Source of the DNA: a virus
Taxonomy: Duplodnaviria; Caudoviricetes
DNA length: 33,207 nt
Virus record (IMG/VR): IMGVR_UViG_3300042923_001647
Span: 1-33,207 of that record
Direction: 5' to 3' (one strand)
How positions within the stretch are numbered: position 1 is the first letter of the stretch; each line of letters opens with the position of its first letter. The notes under the pieces are model-generated. The model was not told the DNA's origin. It did no database searches and saw only the letters and a list, made by a program, of their open reading frames with translations. Below are positions 17,411 to 27,225 of the stretch, in pieces. The translations under genes were made by a program, and so were the position numbers.

Positions 17411-20400
17411 CTAATCAGTATAACCATTAAAATCCTCTGGAAAGTGACCAGGATATTGATTATATCTAATTTTATCTAATGGACTTCCATATTTGTCATC
17501 AGCTGCATGAAAGTGTGGACCTCTTCCAAATCTATCTTCTCTATGCTCAATAATATATTTGTTTCTACCATTAACATTAAATTGATATACCCATCTATTT
17601 TCTGAATCGTAGACTTGGATTGGTTTACTATACTGCGCAGAATTTGGTATGCCAGCACTTCTTTTAGCTGCTCTAAAAGCTGCATTTCTTGACAGACTTA
17701 TATTGCTTACACGGTTCGCAGCTGAGTTTATGGCTGCATCAATAACTGTCTCCTTCACTTTCTTAATAGCTATGATACCCATAACTATAGTAAAGTTTGT
17801 TCGTTGATTAGCCATTTCTTTATTAAAGTTAGTAACCGTTTCAATAATACTTATCTTTTTAGCCGGTTCATCATCTGGATCACTGAAATCAGCCCTAACA
17901 CTCTTAAATCCATTAGCATCTTTTCTATTTACAGGATTGTTTTTACAATAAGCAAACAAATTATGACCTAACAACTCACCAGTTTGTCCTATCAGGGCAT
18001 CAGAATTTATAAAGCGACCCCATTCAGGGTTATAATATCTGCTCTGTAAATAATACAATCCAGTCTCGGTATCATACCTATACCCTCTATAACGATATGG
18101 ATTTATTGCTCCAACTGTTGATGCAAGCGTACCTGTAGTTGATATCAGTTTACCCCAGCTATCATATACATAGCTTACTACCTGCGTTCCAGTCTTGTCA
18201 AATAACCCTATGATATCTCCTTGAACATTTCTTATATAGTAATATTCTGCACCATTGAGGTTCATAGAAACAATGTGTCCTGAACTATCATAAGTATAAT
18301 ATATCTTATCAGTACCGCTATCCTCATAAGTAACCTTATCTCCTACAAAATGATAATTAGTAGTTACACCATTAATAGTTTTTTGTGTTCTTATTCCTGA
18401 ATCATTATACTTATAAGAAACACTTAGTCCATTTCCACTAATGCTTGATAGTTGTCTACCTTCTTCCCATGTATAAGTATAACCATTATAAGTTGTTGGA
18501 TTTCCTATAGCATCATATGTTATACCTTTTCCATCAAAGCTTGTGAGTTTATCTTTCCAATTAGTATCTCCATAAGAATATGCATATGTTTTAGTTGCAA
18601 TACCTAGCGAACCTGTCGTAAATGGATATTCTGTTTTGCTTGTTACATTGCCACCTACATCATAGGCATTAGTTATAGTTTTGTTTAATACTGCATTATC
18701 TTCTCTAATTAGTTCATTCAATTCATTGTAGTAATATTTTATTGTTTTTCCATCTTGAATAATTGTTTCAATGTTTCCATTCTTATCATAAGTATAGCTT
18801 ATACTATTTCCATTATTATTTACTGTTTGTATTCTATTTGTGTCAGTGGAACCAGTTTTTATTAAGTTTATTCTGATCGCCTCAAGTTGTAGATTTTGTC
18901 CAGTTGTTCCCGCTATCGCTCCATCAGTTACAACATTCTGCCAACCAATATGAGCTACATGGGCTTGATACTGTATTTGATATCCTGCTGGCGCTCCTTC
19001 TAGTACAATTCTTATAGCTTCTACTTTTAAATTTTGTCCTGTTGTTCCCGCCATCGCTCCATCATAAACCCAATCCTGCCAGCCAATATTCGATACATGA
19101 GCCTGATACTTAATTCTCATTCCAGGTAGCGGATTATTCAATGAAATTTTTATTGCTTCTACCTGTAAATTTTGCCCTACTGTACCACTTATAGCACCAT
19201 CGTTAACCCAATTTTGCCAACCTATATTCGATACATGGCTCTGATAACTAAGAAATACATTTGATGAACCTGAACCTGGAACATAACTATAGGTAGTATT
19301 ATATTGAGTACTCCCAGTGTTTATATATTTGTTTGTCATTCTAGATAATATATCATAGTTAAAAGATATATTATTTTGAGTATCTCTTGAATATGCAATT
19401 GATTTTAACTTATTATCTTTATCATAACTATAATCAGTAGTATATGAATTTGCTCCTAATTTTTCATTAACATTACTTATATTATTGTTTAAATCATAAG
19501 TATAACTAGTAGAATTATCTGATGAATCTTTGACATTTACTAATCTATCAGATAAATCATATTGATATCTATAGTCTACACCATTTACAATGTCTTTCTG
19601 ATATGCTAAGTTATTAGCTCCATCATACTGATAACTGTACCTAATATTGTCATTATATTTTTTTGCTGTTATCTTATCGTAGCTATCATAATCATTACTT
19701 ACTTTTTGCCCATTACCATAAGTTGACTCCAAAAGTTTCCCTGTTCTTGCCTCATAGCTATTAGTTATAAGATTTTGGCTGCCAGCTGCTACAGAAGTAT
19801 TATTACCTAATGAGTCATAACCAAAATTATAACTAAATCCATTATGAGTTATTGACTTAATTCTATCATTTTCATACGAATAGTTATTTGTTATTGCCCT
19901 GCCATCAGCATTTTTAGTTACACTTGTGAGCCTATTAATCGTATCATATCCATAAGAAGTTGTGTTGTTCTTTGCATCTACTACGCTATTTAGGACATCC
20001 TTTGACTCATCTTGGTTATAAGTAACAGTATTACCCATTGCATCTGTTATGGATTTTATATAATTACCGCTTGCAGTGTAATTTGAAGTTGATTGAATAA
20101 ATAATGAACTATCGCCAACTTTAGCTGTTACTGGATTGCCATAACTATCGTAAGTAAAAGTATATGTTACATTTTCAGCAGTGGTTGCCTTTGTAAGATT
20201 ATGTTTACCTTCTCCTGTATTATAATCATATTCGTATTTAAATTGATTTCCTTTAGCATCAATGGAGCTTATTAAATCATTAGTTCCATTATATTGGAAC
20301 TGAGAATTTTGATTAGCAAGGCTTTTTGTAGATGTTACATTTCCTTTAGAATCATATTGATAGCTCGAACCAAATTCTTCTTTATAAAGTTGAATACCAT

Positions 20401-23400
20401 CAAAATACGCTCTATTTGCATTCCAATAATAAATTATATAAACATTAACACTAGTATAATCAGCATCAGCTATGAAATTTTTTGAAACATACTGCCAATC
20501 AGATGAATCTGTGTTAAATTCAGCAACATCAGATTGCACCCTAGTTGCACCATTAAAAAATACAATATGCAATGCAAAATGTCTTGGTTCTATTAAAGGA
20601 ACCGAATCCCCTTTTGCCCATCCACTTAATATAAAAGAGTCTCCTTTTTTGCCAGATATATTTACTGTCTGACCTATGTCTTTACCTACACTCGCATCTC
20701 CAAGGAAAGAAAAACAATTAGTGTTTAAGTACTGTGGAAAACGAGAATCTGCCGAAGTTGTTAAAATATCATTCCCATCACAACTATTCTTTATTGTCCA
20801 TCCTGTAGGATTATTAGCCCCATAATCACCATAGCTAAAATCACCATTTTCAACCAAGTTATATCTATTAGCCGCTACCCCTTCTTCTAGCTGATAATCA
20901 TCAAAGTATACAGTACCAGTTTCAAGCTTAAGTCCAGTTCTTATAATTACAGAATTGCTGCTAATGTTACTTGGTAAAGTAAATGTTAACTGCATTCGTT
21001 GCCAATTATTCGTACCAGTTATTAACTTTGTAATTACTTCTTCATAGACCCCACTACTATTTAAATAATATACTCCAAGGTATACTCCACCATTATTCGC
21101 ATTTGTGACATTAAGAGTTTTTGCATAAGCAGAAGCTGTATAAGTTTTACCTGGCTGGAGTGTTACTATTTGCTGAGCATAGTGCTTTGAAACATTGTCT
21201 GTTTTACTTACTTTTATACTTCTATTTCCATAATATTTATCCTCTGAAGAATATGTTGAACTTCCCTGACCTCCATCACTAGAAAATATCCAATTTCTAT
21301 CAGACTCAATGCTCTGATTGAGAAGTATATTGTTAATTGTGCTCTGTAGTTTTGAGCTCATCCCCATCTTCGTTACATTGTTAGAATCATATTTATAATA
21401 TTGTGCTGTTCCATCTTCTCCTTTTATATTTATTGTTTTACCCCAATAATCGAATAGATATATACTCTTTCTGCCTTTAACATCAACAAATGAAGTAGCA
21501 TTATTACCGTAAGTTATGTTAAGTTCTCCACCTAAAGTTCCATTAGTATGGCTCTCTAACACTTTTTTAACGCGGAATACGCCTGAATCATAATAATTAA
21601 ATGTCATCTTATACCCGTCATAATTTGTAGCGCTAGTTAAGTTATACGAAGAATCATACGTATATGTTGTATACTTACCATCAGGATATGTTATATTAAG
21701 AAGCTTACCTACTCCATCATATCCATAGCTTGTTTTTCTACCCGATGGGTCAATTATTTCTGTAAGTCCTCCAACGCTATTATAATTTAACGTTGTAACT
21801 CTTCCCGAGCCATCCGTAACCTTAACCATAGTTCTAACTCCATTTGCAGGAGCCGTACCATATTCACAAGTGAGCTTGTTATTATTACTATCTCTTAGTG
21901 ATATTAAGTAACCATTTCTATCAAAGTCTAGCTTATTACTATCTTTATCAGTTATATTAAACGAGCCATCTGAATTCAACGTGAGTTTAAGTCCTAAATT
22001 CAGCTCATCATTCAACGTTGTCTGACCTGATATTATCTTAAAGAAATGTTTAGTACCATCCTGATCAGAATATATCCAATAATCATTTTGGACAGATTTA
22101 GTTACTGTCTGACTTAAATTTAATCTCCAACCATGTCCATACCCAATGTTCATAGAAACTTCATTGTTATTATAGACATGATTTATTTTTACTGGAAGTC
22201 TATTTCCTCCCATATTTAAGTCATCATGTACAAGAACTAGATTCCCGTTATAATCATTAATATAACTAGTTCCAGCTCTACCAATATCCTGAGAATGGTA
22301 AGTCCAGAAACTCTCTAGTCCTGAATTATTAACATAAAATAAACTTACTACTGGTAAAGCAGCACTATTGCTCCAGTCTGACGAGCAAAATACTATTTGT
22401 CCAGAAGCTTCATCATTACTTTTAAGCATTAATCCATAATTATTACCTGTAGAATACCATTCCTTAGCAATGCCAGTAATATTCCACTGCTTCCCACCTT
22501 CACCTGCACCAATAATACTGTTATAGTCTTCAATCTTAGGAGTATAAGCCGGTTTATTGTTCCAACTTAACCCACTTGAATTCCAATTCGCTTGGACTTT
22601 ATGAGCATTTATTTGAACTCCACTTGTAGTTGAATAGCCAGGTAAATAATAAAGGCTTAGTATAGCATTTGTAATCATATCTGCACTTGTTAATGCAGGT
22701 AAGTTAAACTTTATATATGTCCTTAAAGTTCCTATAGTGGGATGCTTACCAACCCTAAGCAAAGGATTTAGATATTTATCCTCTGTATCATTTGAACAAA
22801 CAAATGTATCTTGTATGCTGCTAGCTTTCTGCTGAGTCTCAACAGGTGGATCTATCGTTATTGGATATACTCTTTCACTTGATTTAATCCACTCTTGATT
22901 AGGAGATAAAGTCAATATATAGCTAGATTTATCTTGTTTTAAGTCAACTTTAATTAAGTTGCTTTCTGCCCCCTTGGCATCATACATAAAAGGAGAACTC
23001 ATACTAAATACAACTTTATCAGCTTGTTTTGCATCATAAAAAATTATACTATTATCCTTTTGTAATTTAGGTATTAGGTTATTTGCATTTATGTTAAAGA
23101 TAAACTCTGTCTTATCGGTTGGTTTATTTATAATAATATTCTCTTTTAACTTACTTCCAGTTGTAATATATTGAAGATCTATGTTATCAAATACATCTTT
23201 AAAGTCTACTGTAGATGATAAATTAGGCACTACCTTTTTTTTCTCATTCTCAATTCTAGTTTTTCTTTTTTCATCCTTATTAGCAGCCTCGGTCGCTTTA
23301 GAAAACTCATTGTCTACTAGTTTTATGGTGTCACTTTCTTTAGCAATCTGATTGTCTACTAGTGCTTCAATATTCTTTTCTATCTTATCATTGTCTATAG

Positions 23401-23953
23401 AAGCTTTCTGTCCTTCAACTTTATTAGCTTTCTCTAAGTTCCAGCTAATTTCATACTTGTCCTTTTTTATACTGACAAACTTTTTTGAATTTGCCTTATT
23501 AGAAATATTTATACTAAAGTCGTTCTTCTTATTAGTGTATATACTTGACTTATTAGTTACTTCTTTAGTTTGTTGGGAATTGTTCTTTTCCTCTGAGTCA
23601 TCAGAAATACTTATCTCTTCTTCATTAGTTGTGCTTTCTGATTTATCTTCTTCTTCAACTAGAGAATTATCGATATTTTCCCACTTTCCATTAACAAGAT
23701 AATGGACTGGTTCTGGGTAAATAGCTACCTGATATGTCATGTCGTCCATTAAGAATTGCTTTACATTTTGTTCTCGTTTTGATTCTACTTCCCCAATAAT
23801 TTTTGGTTCTTTATCAAATACTTTAGTTGCAGCTGATGTATTGGTTTTATCAACTTTGTTTTCCTTTGTATCCGCAAATACTTTAGTTGGAAATATTGTC
23901 GCAAAAACTGTTATAACTAATAGCATTGAAGTTTTTCGTATAAATTTTTTCAC
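17411..23953 (-). CDS. WapA-like RHS/YD toxin RHS2: signal peptide, DNRLRE-like, CBM-like domains, YD repeats, 3 ChW repeats, RHS core, C-terminal Tox-HNH-EHHH-like nuclease
   Basis: Signal peptide ending VFA; core NPYRYRGYRYDTETGLYYLQSRYYNPEWGRFIN...NNPVNRKDANG; tip SRNAAFRAAKRSAGIP..IIEH..GPHFH..GH. Confidence 0.93.
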   Translation of the reverse strand: MKKFIRKTSMLLVITVFATIFPTKVFADTKENKVDKTNTSAATKVFDKEPKIIGEVESKREQNVKQFLMDDMTYQVAIYPEPVHYLVNGKWENIDNSLVEEEDKSESTTNEEEISISDDSEEKNNSQQTKEVTNKSSIYTNKKNDFSINISNKANSKKFVSIKKDKYEISWNLEKANKVEGQKASIDNDKIEKNIEALVDNQIAKESDTIKLVDNEFSKATEAANKDEKRKTRIENEKKKVVPNLSSTVDFKDVFDNIDLQYITTGSKLKENIIINKPTDKTEFIFNINANNLIPKLQKDNSIIFYDAKQADKVVFSMSSPFMYDAKGAESNLIKVDLKQDKSSYILTLSPNQEWIKSSERVYPITIDPPVETQQKASSIQDTFVCSNDTEDKYLNPLLRVGKHPTIGTLRTYIKFNLPALTSADMITNAILSLYYLPGYSTTSGVQINAHKVQANWNSSGLSWNNKPAYTPKIEDYNSIIGAGEGGKQWNITGIAKEWYSTGNNYGLMLKSNDEASGQIVFCSSDWSNSAALPVVSLFYVNNSGLESFWTYHSQDIGRAGTSYINDYNGNLVLVHDDLNMGGNRLPVKINHVYNNNEVSMNIGYGHGWRLNLSQTVTKSVQNDYWIYSDQDGTKHFFKIISGQTTLNDELNLGLKLTLNSDGSFNITDKDSNKLDFDRNGYLISLRDSNNNKLTCEYGTAPANGVRTMVKVTDGSGRVTTLNYNSVGGLTEIIDPSGRKTSYGYDGVGKLLNITYPDGKYTTYTYDSSYNLTSATNYDGYKMTFNYYDSGVFRVKKVLESHTNGTLGGELNITYGNNATSFVDVKGRKSIYLFDYWGKTINIKGEDGTAQYYKYDSNNVTKMGMSSKLQSTINNILLNQSIESDRNWIFSSDGGQGSSTYSSEDKYYGNRSIKVSKTDNVSKHYAQQIVTLQPGKTYTASAYAKTLNVTNANNGGVYLGVYYLNSSGVYEEVITKLITGTNNWQRMQLTFTLPSNISSNSVIIRTGLKLETGTVYFDDYQLEEGVAANRYNLVENGDFSYGDYGANNPTGWTIKNSCDGNDILTTSADSRFPQYLNTNCFSFLGDASVGKDIGQTVNISGKKGDSFILSGWAKGDSVPLIEPRHFALHIVFFNGATRVQSDVAEFNTDSSDWQYVSKNFIADADYTSVNVYIIYYWNANRAYFDGIQLYKEEFGSSYQYDSKGNVTSTKSLANQNSQFQYNGTNDLISSIDAKGNQFKYEYDYNTGEGKHNLTKATTAENVTYTFTYDSYGNPVTAKVGDSSLFIQSTSNYTASGNYIKSITDAMGNTVTYNQDESKDVLNSVVDAKNNTTSYGYDTINRLTSVTKNADGRAITNNYSYENDRIKSITHNGFSYNFGYDSLGNNTSVAAGSQNLITNSYEARTGKLLESTYGNGQKVSNDYDSYDKITAKKYNDNIRYSYQYDGANNLAYQKDIVNGVDYRYQYDLSDRLVNVKDSSDNSTSYTYDLNNNISNVNEKLGANSYTTDYSYDKDNKLKSIAYSRDTQNNISFNYDILSRMTNKYINTGSTQYNTTYSYVPGSGSSNVFLSYQSHVSNIGWQNWVNDGAISGTVGQNLQVEAIKISLNNPLPGMRIKYQAHVSNIGWQDWVYDGAMAGTTGQNLKVEAIRIVLEGAPAGYQIQYQAHVAHIGWQNVVTDGAIAGTTGQNLQLEAIRINLIKTGSTDTNRIQTVNNNGNSISYTYDKNGNIETIIQDGKTIKYYYNELNELIREDNAVLNKTITNAYDVGGNVTSKTEYPFTTGSLGIATKTYAYSYGDTNWKDKLTSFDGKGITYDAIGNPTTYNGYTYTWEEGRQLSSISGNGLSVSYKYNDSGIRTQKTINGVTTNYHFVGDKVTYEDSGTDKIYYTYDSSGHIVSMNLNGAEYYYIRNVQGDIIGLFDKTGTQVVSYVYDSWGKLISTTGTLASTVGAINPYRYRGYRYDTETGLYYLQSRYYNPEWGRFINSDALIGQTGELLGHNLFAYCKNNPVNRKDANGFKSVRADFSDPDDEPAKKISIIETVTNFNKEMANQRTNFTIVMGIIAIKKVKETVIDAAINSAANRVSNISLSRNAAFRAAKRSAGIPNSAQYSKPIQVYDSENRWVYQFNVNGRNKYIIEHREDRFGRGPHFHAADDKYGSPLDKIRYNQYPGHFPEDFNGYTD

Positions 23954-23985
23954 TTTTCTCCCCCTATTATATATAATTACTTATA

Positions 23986-24144
23986 ATTATACGTCATATA
24001 ACAACGATTACAATTTGTTCTATCCGATGCAATTCGACATATATTTTGAATAAAAAAGCAGTCTCAAAATGAGACCACCTCAATTACTAACATTATTCTA
24101 ACCATGACATTTACGCTTATAAAATTCCGATAAATATTGTCGAA
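23986..24144 (-). promoter_or_regulatory. RHS2 promoter with two consensus Spo0A boxes
   Basis: TTGTAA-16-TATAAT (24013-23986); TGTCGAA at 24039-24033 (minus) and 24138-24144 (plus). Confidence 0.55.
24052..24078 (-). terminator. Intrinsic terminator insulating RHS2 from upstream transcription
   Basis: Minus strand GTGGTCTCA-ttt-TGAGACTGC-TTTTTT. Confidence 0.65.
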
Positions 24145-24349
24145 CGATTTATCCACTGTTCAAAAATAATTGATTAACTCTAGTACGCAAAATTAACCTA
24201 AGTATATTTTTACACATTATTCCTCTATTCACTAAACTCTGATTCTTGTTTCTTAATATAAATTTAAATATTCCCATAAGTATTTTTATCTTCAGTTAAG
24301 TAAGTTCTTCTTCAGTTATAATTGTTAATTAATTAACATGGTTTTGTTT

Positions 24350-24446
24350 TTCTACCCCCCTCATGTAGGAAATCACTTCGGGGTCTTTGATTGTATGGCC
24401 GTCGGTTCCCTGTGTTTCCAACGCTTTCAATCCCCTGGGGGGGTAA
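24350..24446 (-). other. cos-like packaging region (tentative)
   Basis: GC-rich island in AT-rich DNA. Minus strand TACCCCCCCAGGGG...GGGAACCGACGGCCATAC...TGAGGGGGGT resembles the layout I recall upstream of terS in cos siphoviruses of Firmicutes. Confidence 0.45.
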
Positions 24447-24935
24447 ATTTGTAAAAATATAGAACTCCCAATTGAATTTTAAGCTATATTTTCACCAGAA
24501 ATAGTGAGCTTTCATACTCCCAATTATTATAGTAGCAAAAGAAATCCACTATTTTCTCCAATGCATCCATACCCTTAACACCTTATATCATAGGGCCTCA
24601 GAGCATTCTATTTAACAGTATTTTTAAAACTATTCACACTTCAAGACAAAATAAATTTTAATAATTAAGTACTTTCAAACACAGCTAAAATAGCTCTGAG
24701 TTTAACAAAAATACATATCTTTTTACCAGCAAAAGTGTTAAAATTACTGCCTTTCTGAGTTACCTTCAATATACAATGTGTGAAACTCATAATTACCCTA
24801 TAAGTATAGTAAATTCAATGGTTTAGTTAATACACGCATTTTGAGTTTAACATTACCTCAATATGTGTAATTGAGCCATAATATTAGTAATCTTAAATTA
24901 AATATACATCATAAACAATGATTATATACTAAATC

Positions 24936-24970
24936 AAAAAAATGACGGTTACCTTTAAAAGATAACCGTT
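24936..24970 (-). terminator. Terminator ending the RHS1 cassette array
   Basis: GACGGTTA / TAACCGTT stem with a minus-strand U tract. Confidence 0.6.
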
Positions 24971-24988
24971 GTAGAAATCATAAATAAA

Positions 24989-25372
24989 TTAATAGTTCAT
25001 ATCATAAATAACAACTTTATTAGCTAATACCTTAACAAATGCCCTTTCTGGGAATGGATCTCCCTCAACTATTAAAGATATAATACTATCACCTAATCTT
25101 ATTACTGTATATCCATCTTCATCAACAGACTCCAGACACCCTATAAAATATAAAGTGTCTTTTTCCATCCCTAAGGTGCATGCTTTTTCATCAATCTGTT
25201 TCATACTGTCATTCCAATTAAGTGTATCTGGTATTTCGAATTCTACAAAATATTCCACATCAAGACTTGGTTTGTCTCCTTCCCATATTGCTTGGGCATT
25301 ACCAAACTCTGTAGTAAAGGTAACCAAGTTCTTTGACTCTATGCTTTACACTTTTTTTATACTAATTTTCAT
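24989..25372 (-). pseudogene. Orphan immunity gene 2 with premature in-frame TAA
   Basis: RBS AGGAGG, ATG 25372, MKISIKKV*SIESKNLVTFTTEFG..., in frame with track ORF 24989..25327. Confidence 0.7.
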
Positions 25373-25392
25373 ATACACATTTCCTCCTACAA

Positions 25393-26440
25393 CTATTTTA
25401 TCCGTTGTAATAGATTTGTTACTGTCATAATATCATTCACTGGATCATAAATAAATGTTTCTTCATACTAGTGGAATTTTGTAGTACCCATACTTTTCAT
25501 TTCAGACTGTGTGAAGGCAAATACTCTTAGTACTATCAGCAAAAAAATCCTATTAGAATCAACCATTTCAGTCCTTGGGTGGATATTTGTGGTATTACGA
25601 CCTAAGTAATCAACCCATCTTTGAGTAACTTGACTTTATATCACTCGGTGCTTTTACTTTAGTTACATCTATAACCTTTGTATTAATGCATGGAGTATTA
25701 ACCTTAGCAGCATTACCCGCAACCTTTGAAGTGATCTTCACTTTAGACAATTTCATCTCAGTTAATTTATCTTCTGCTTTGGCAGTCACTATGTCTTTTA
25801 CTGTATTTGCTACAACAGCCGCTATTACTATTATATCTATTGAAATTAACATTTTGGGGTTCATTTCATTAATCTTCCAACTTCATTTGCAGTCTTAGTA
25901 AGCTTGCTTTCTCGTACAAAATCCATTTCAAGCTCTTTTGATGTACCACCAACATCATCAGTTACTGAAAATGCTCTATACCCTGTAGGATCTATATAGT
26001 TTATAGAATTATTCGATGTATAGCTGTAAAGATGCTGTATCCATGATTCATATGGGTTTCCTGCATAAGTATCCTCAGTCAAGAACCTACCTGTATTAGG
26101 ATTGTAAAATCTTGCGTTCATATAGTATAGGTTCGACGAAACATCATGCACTGCTCCTGTAAATTTGATATCATTCTTAAATAGACTGTCTCCACTATCC
26201 TTTATTTTACCAAATTCATCATAATCATAGCCTTTAACTAAGCTTCCGTCAGGCTTTATTATACTTGTTACGCTTCCTCTAATATCATAATTATAGAAGA
26301 AATACATGTTAGCATAATTGCCATCAAATCTCTTGGAAGCCACTATTGTACCAGATGGATCAAGAATATGCTCCTGGCCTTTATTATTGTTGATGTCAGC
26401 AGTGTATAGAAAGCTGTCGCCATCATAATAATACTTTGTT
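25393..26440 (-). pseudogene. Orphan RHS cassette 2: core repeat plus degenerate toxin tip with several frameshifts and stops
   Basis: 25955-26436 copies 29358-29839. Frameshift near 25870; relic peptides NIHPRTEMVDSNRIF and EMKSMGTTKFH*YEETFIYDPVND..LQRIK. Confidence 0.8.
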
Positions 26441-26470
26441 TACAATTATCTAATTTGCTTTGAACCGTCT

Positions 26471-26509
26471 AAAAAAAGTAGCACCATTTCTTACTATTGC
26501 TACTTTTTT
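26471..26509. terminator. Bidirectional terminator after immunity gene 26539..27210
   Basis: AAAAAAGTAGCA / TGCTACTTTTTT. Confidence 0.7.
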
Positions 26510-26538
26510 ATCATTTAAGTTAAAAATACCTAATACTA

Positions 26539-27210
26539 TTAAGATTTCTTTTTAGATTTTATATGAATTTTATTACTCTTAAAGTTACCTTCTTCATATT
26601 CACTAAGTTGTTTATACCTATAATATACTTCACCTATAAAAGCCGATCCTAATATCATTAATATTGATGCAGCTATATATATAACAGAATTTGTAGATAA
26701 AAAATTGTTTATTATACTCGATATACAAACCCCCAATATTATCATACTAGATATGCTAGCTGAATATGGCACAACAAAAAATGCTTCTAGCTTACTTATT
26801 TTTCGCTTCTCACGACTTTTTAAATATTTATAAATTTTTGTTCTTGCTATATATAGAGAAATATTACACAATGCTGCAAATACTACAACAAATGCTAAAC
26901 TAAATATTATATACTGATAAAAGCTTTCTATATTCTCATAAAGTTCAGTAAGCAGTATAAGATATGAAAATAATGGTAATATCCCCAAAGCACCTAAAGG
27001 TATATGTTGAAACTTCTTAGAATATATCCACAGAAGATATCCTATTAACAAAGCTATATACCCTATAATACTACTTAACATAATTAACGATTCATTATTT
27101 TTAAGTAATGGTAGAAAGCAGATTAATGCATTAGTTGGAATAGCAATAAAAAGAGCAAACTTTTTCTGTTCCGTGTTTTTTAATGCACGTTTGTACTGAA
27201 ATTTATCCAT
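26539..27210 (-). CDS. Multi-TM putative immunity protein of orphan cassette 1
   Basis: About 6 hydrophobic segments; immediately follows a hydrophobic toxin tip; RBS AAGGGAG. Confidence 0.75.
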   Translation of the reverse strand: MDKFQYKRALKNTEQKKFALFIAIPTNALICFLPLLKNNESLIMLSSIIGYIALLIGYLLWIYSKKFQHIPLGALGILPLFSYLILLTELYENIESFYQYIIFSLAFVVVFAALCNISLYIARTKIYKYLKSREKRKISKLEAFFVVPYSASISSMIILGVCISSIINNFLSTNSVIYIAASILMILGSAFIGEVYYRYKQLSEYEEGNFKSNKIHIKSKKKS

Positions 27211-27225
27211 TTATACAACTCTCCC

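Noticed and set aside
10795-17685. ORFs 10795..11055, 11683..11874, 13055..13243, 15668..15871, 16957..17196 and 17476..17685
   Set aside because: Fully nested in longer genes with clear motifs.
24052-24250. Riboswitch upstream of RHS2
   Set aside because: A terminator is present but I see no recognisable aptamer, and a promoter candidate lies downstream of the terminator.
24560-24610. Weak dyad CCTTATATCATAGGG as a second recombination site
   Set aside because: Short and imperfect, with no cognate tyrosine recombinase or resolvase in the element.
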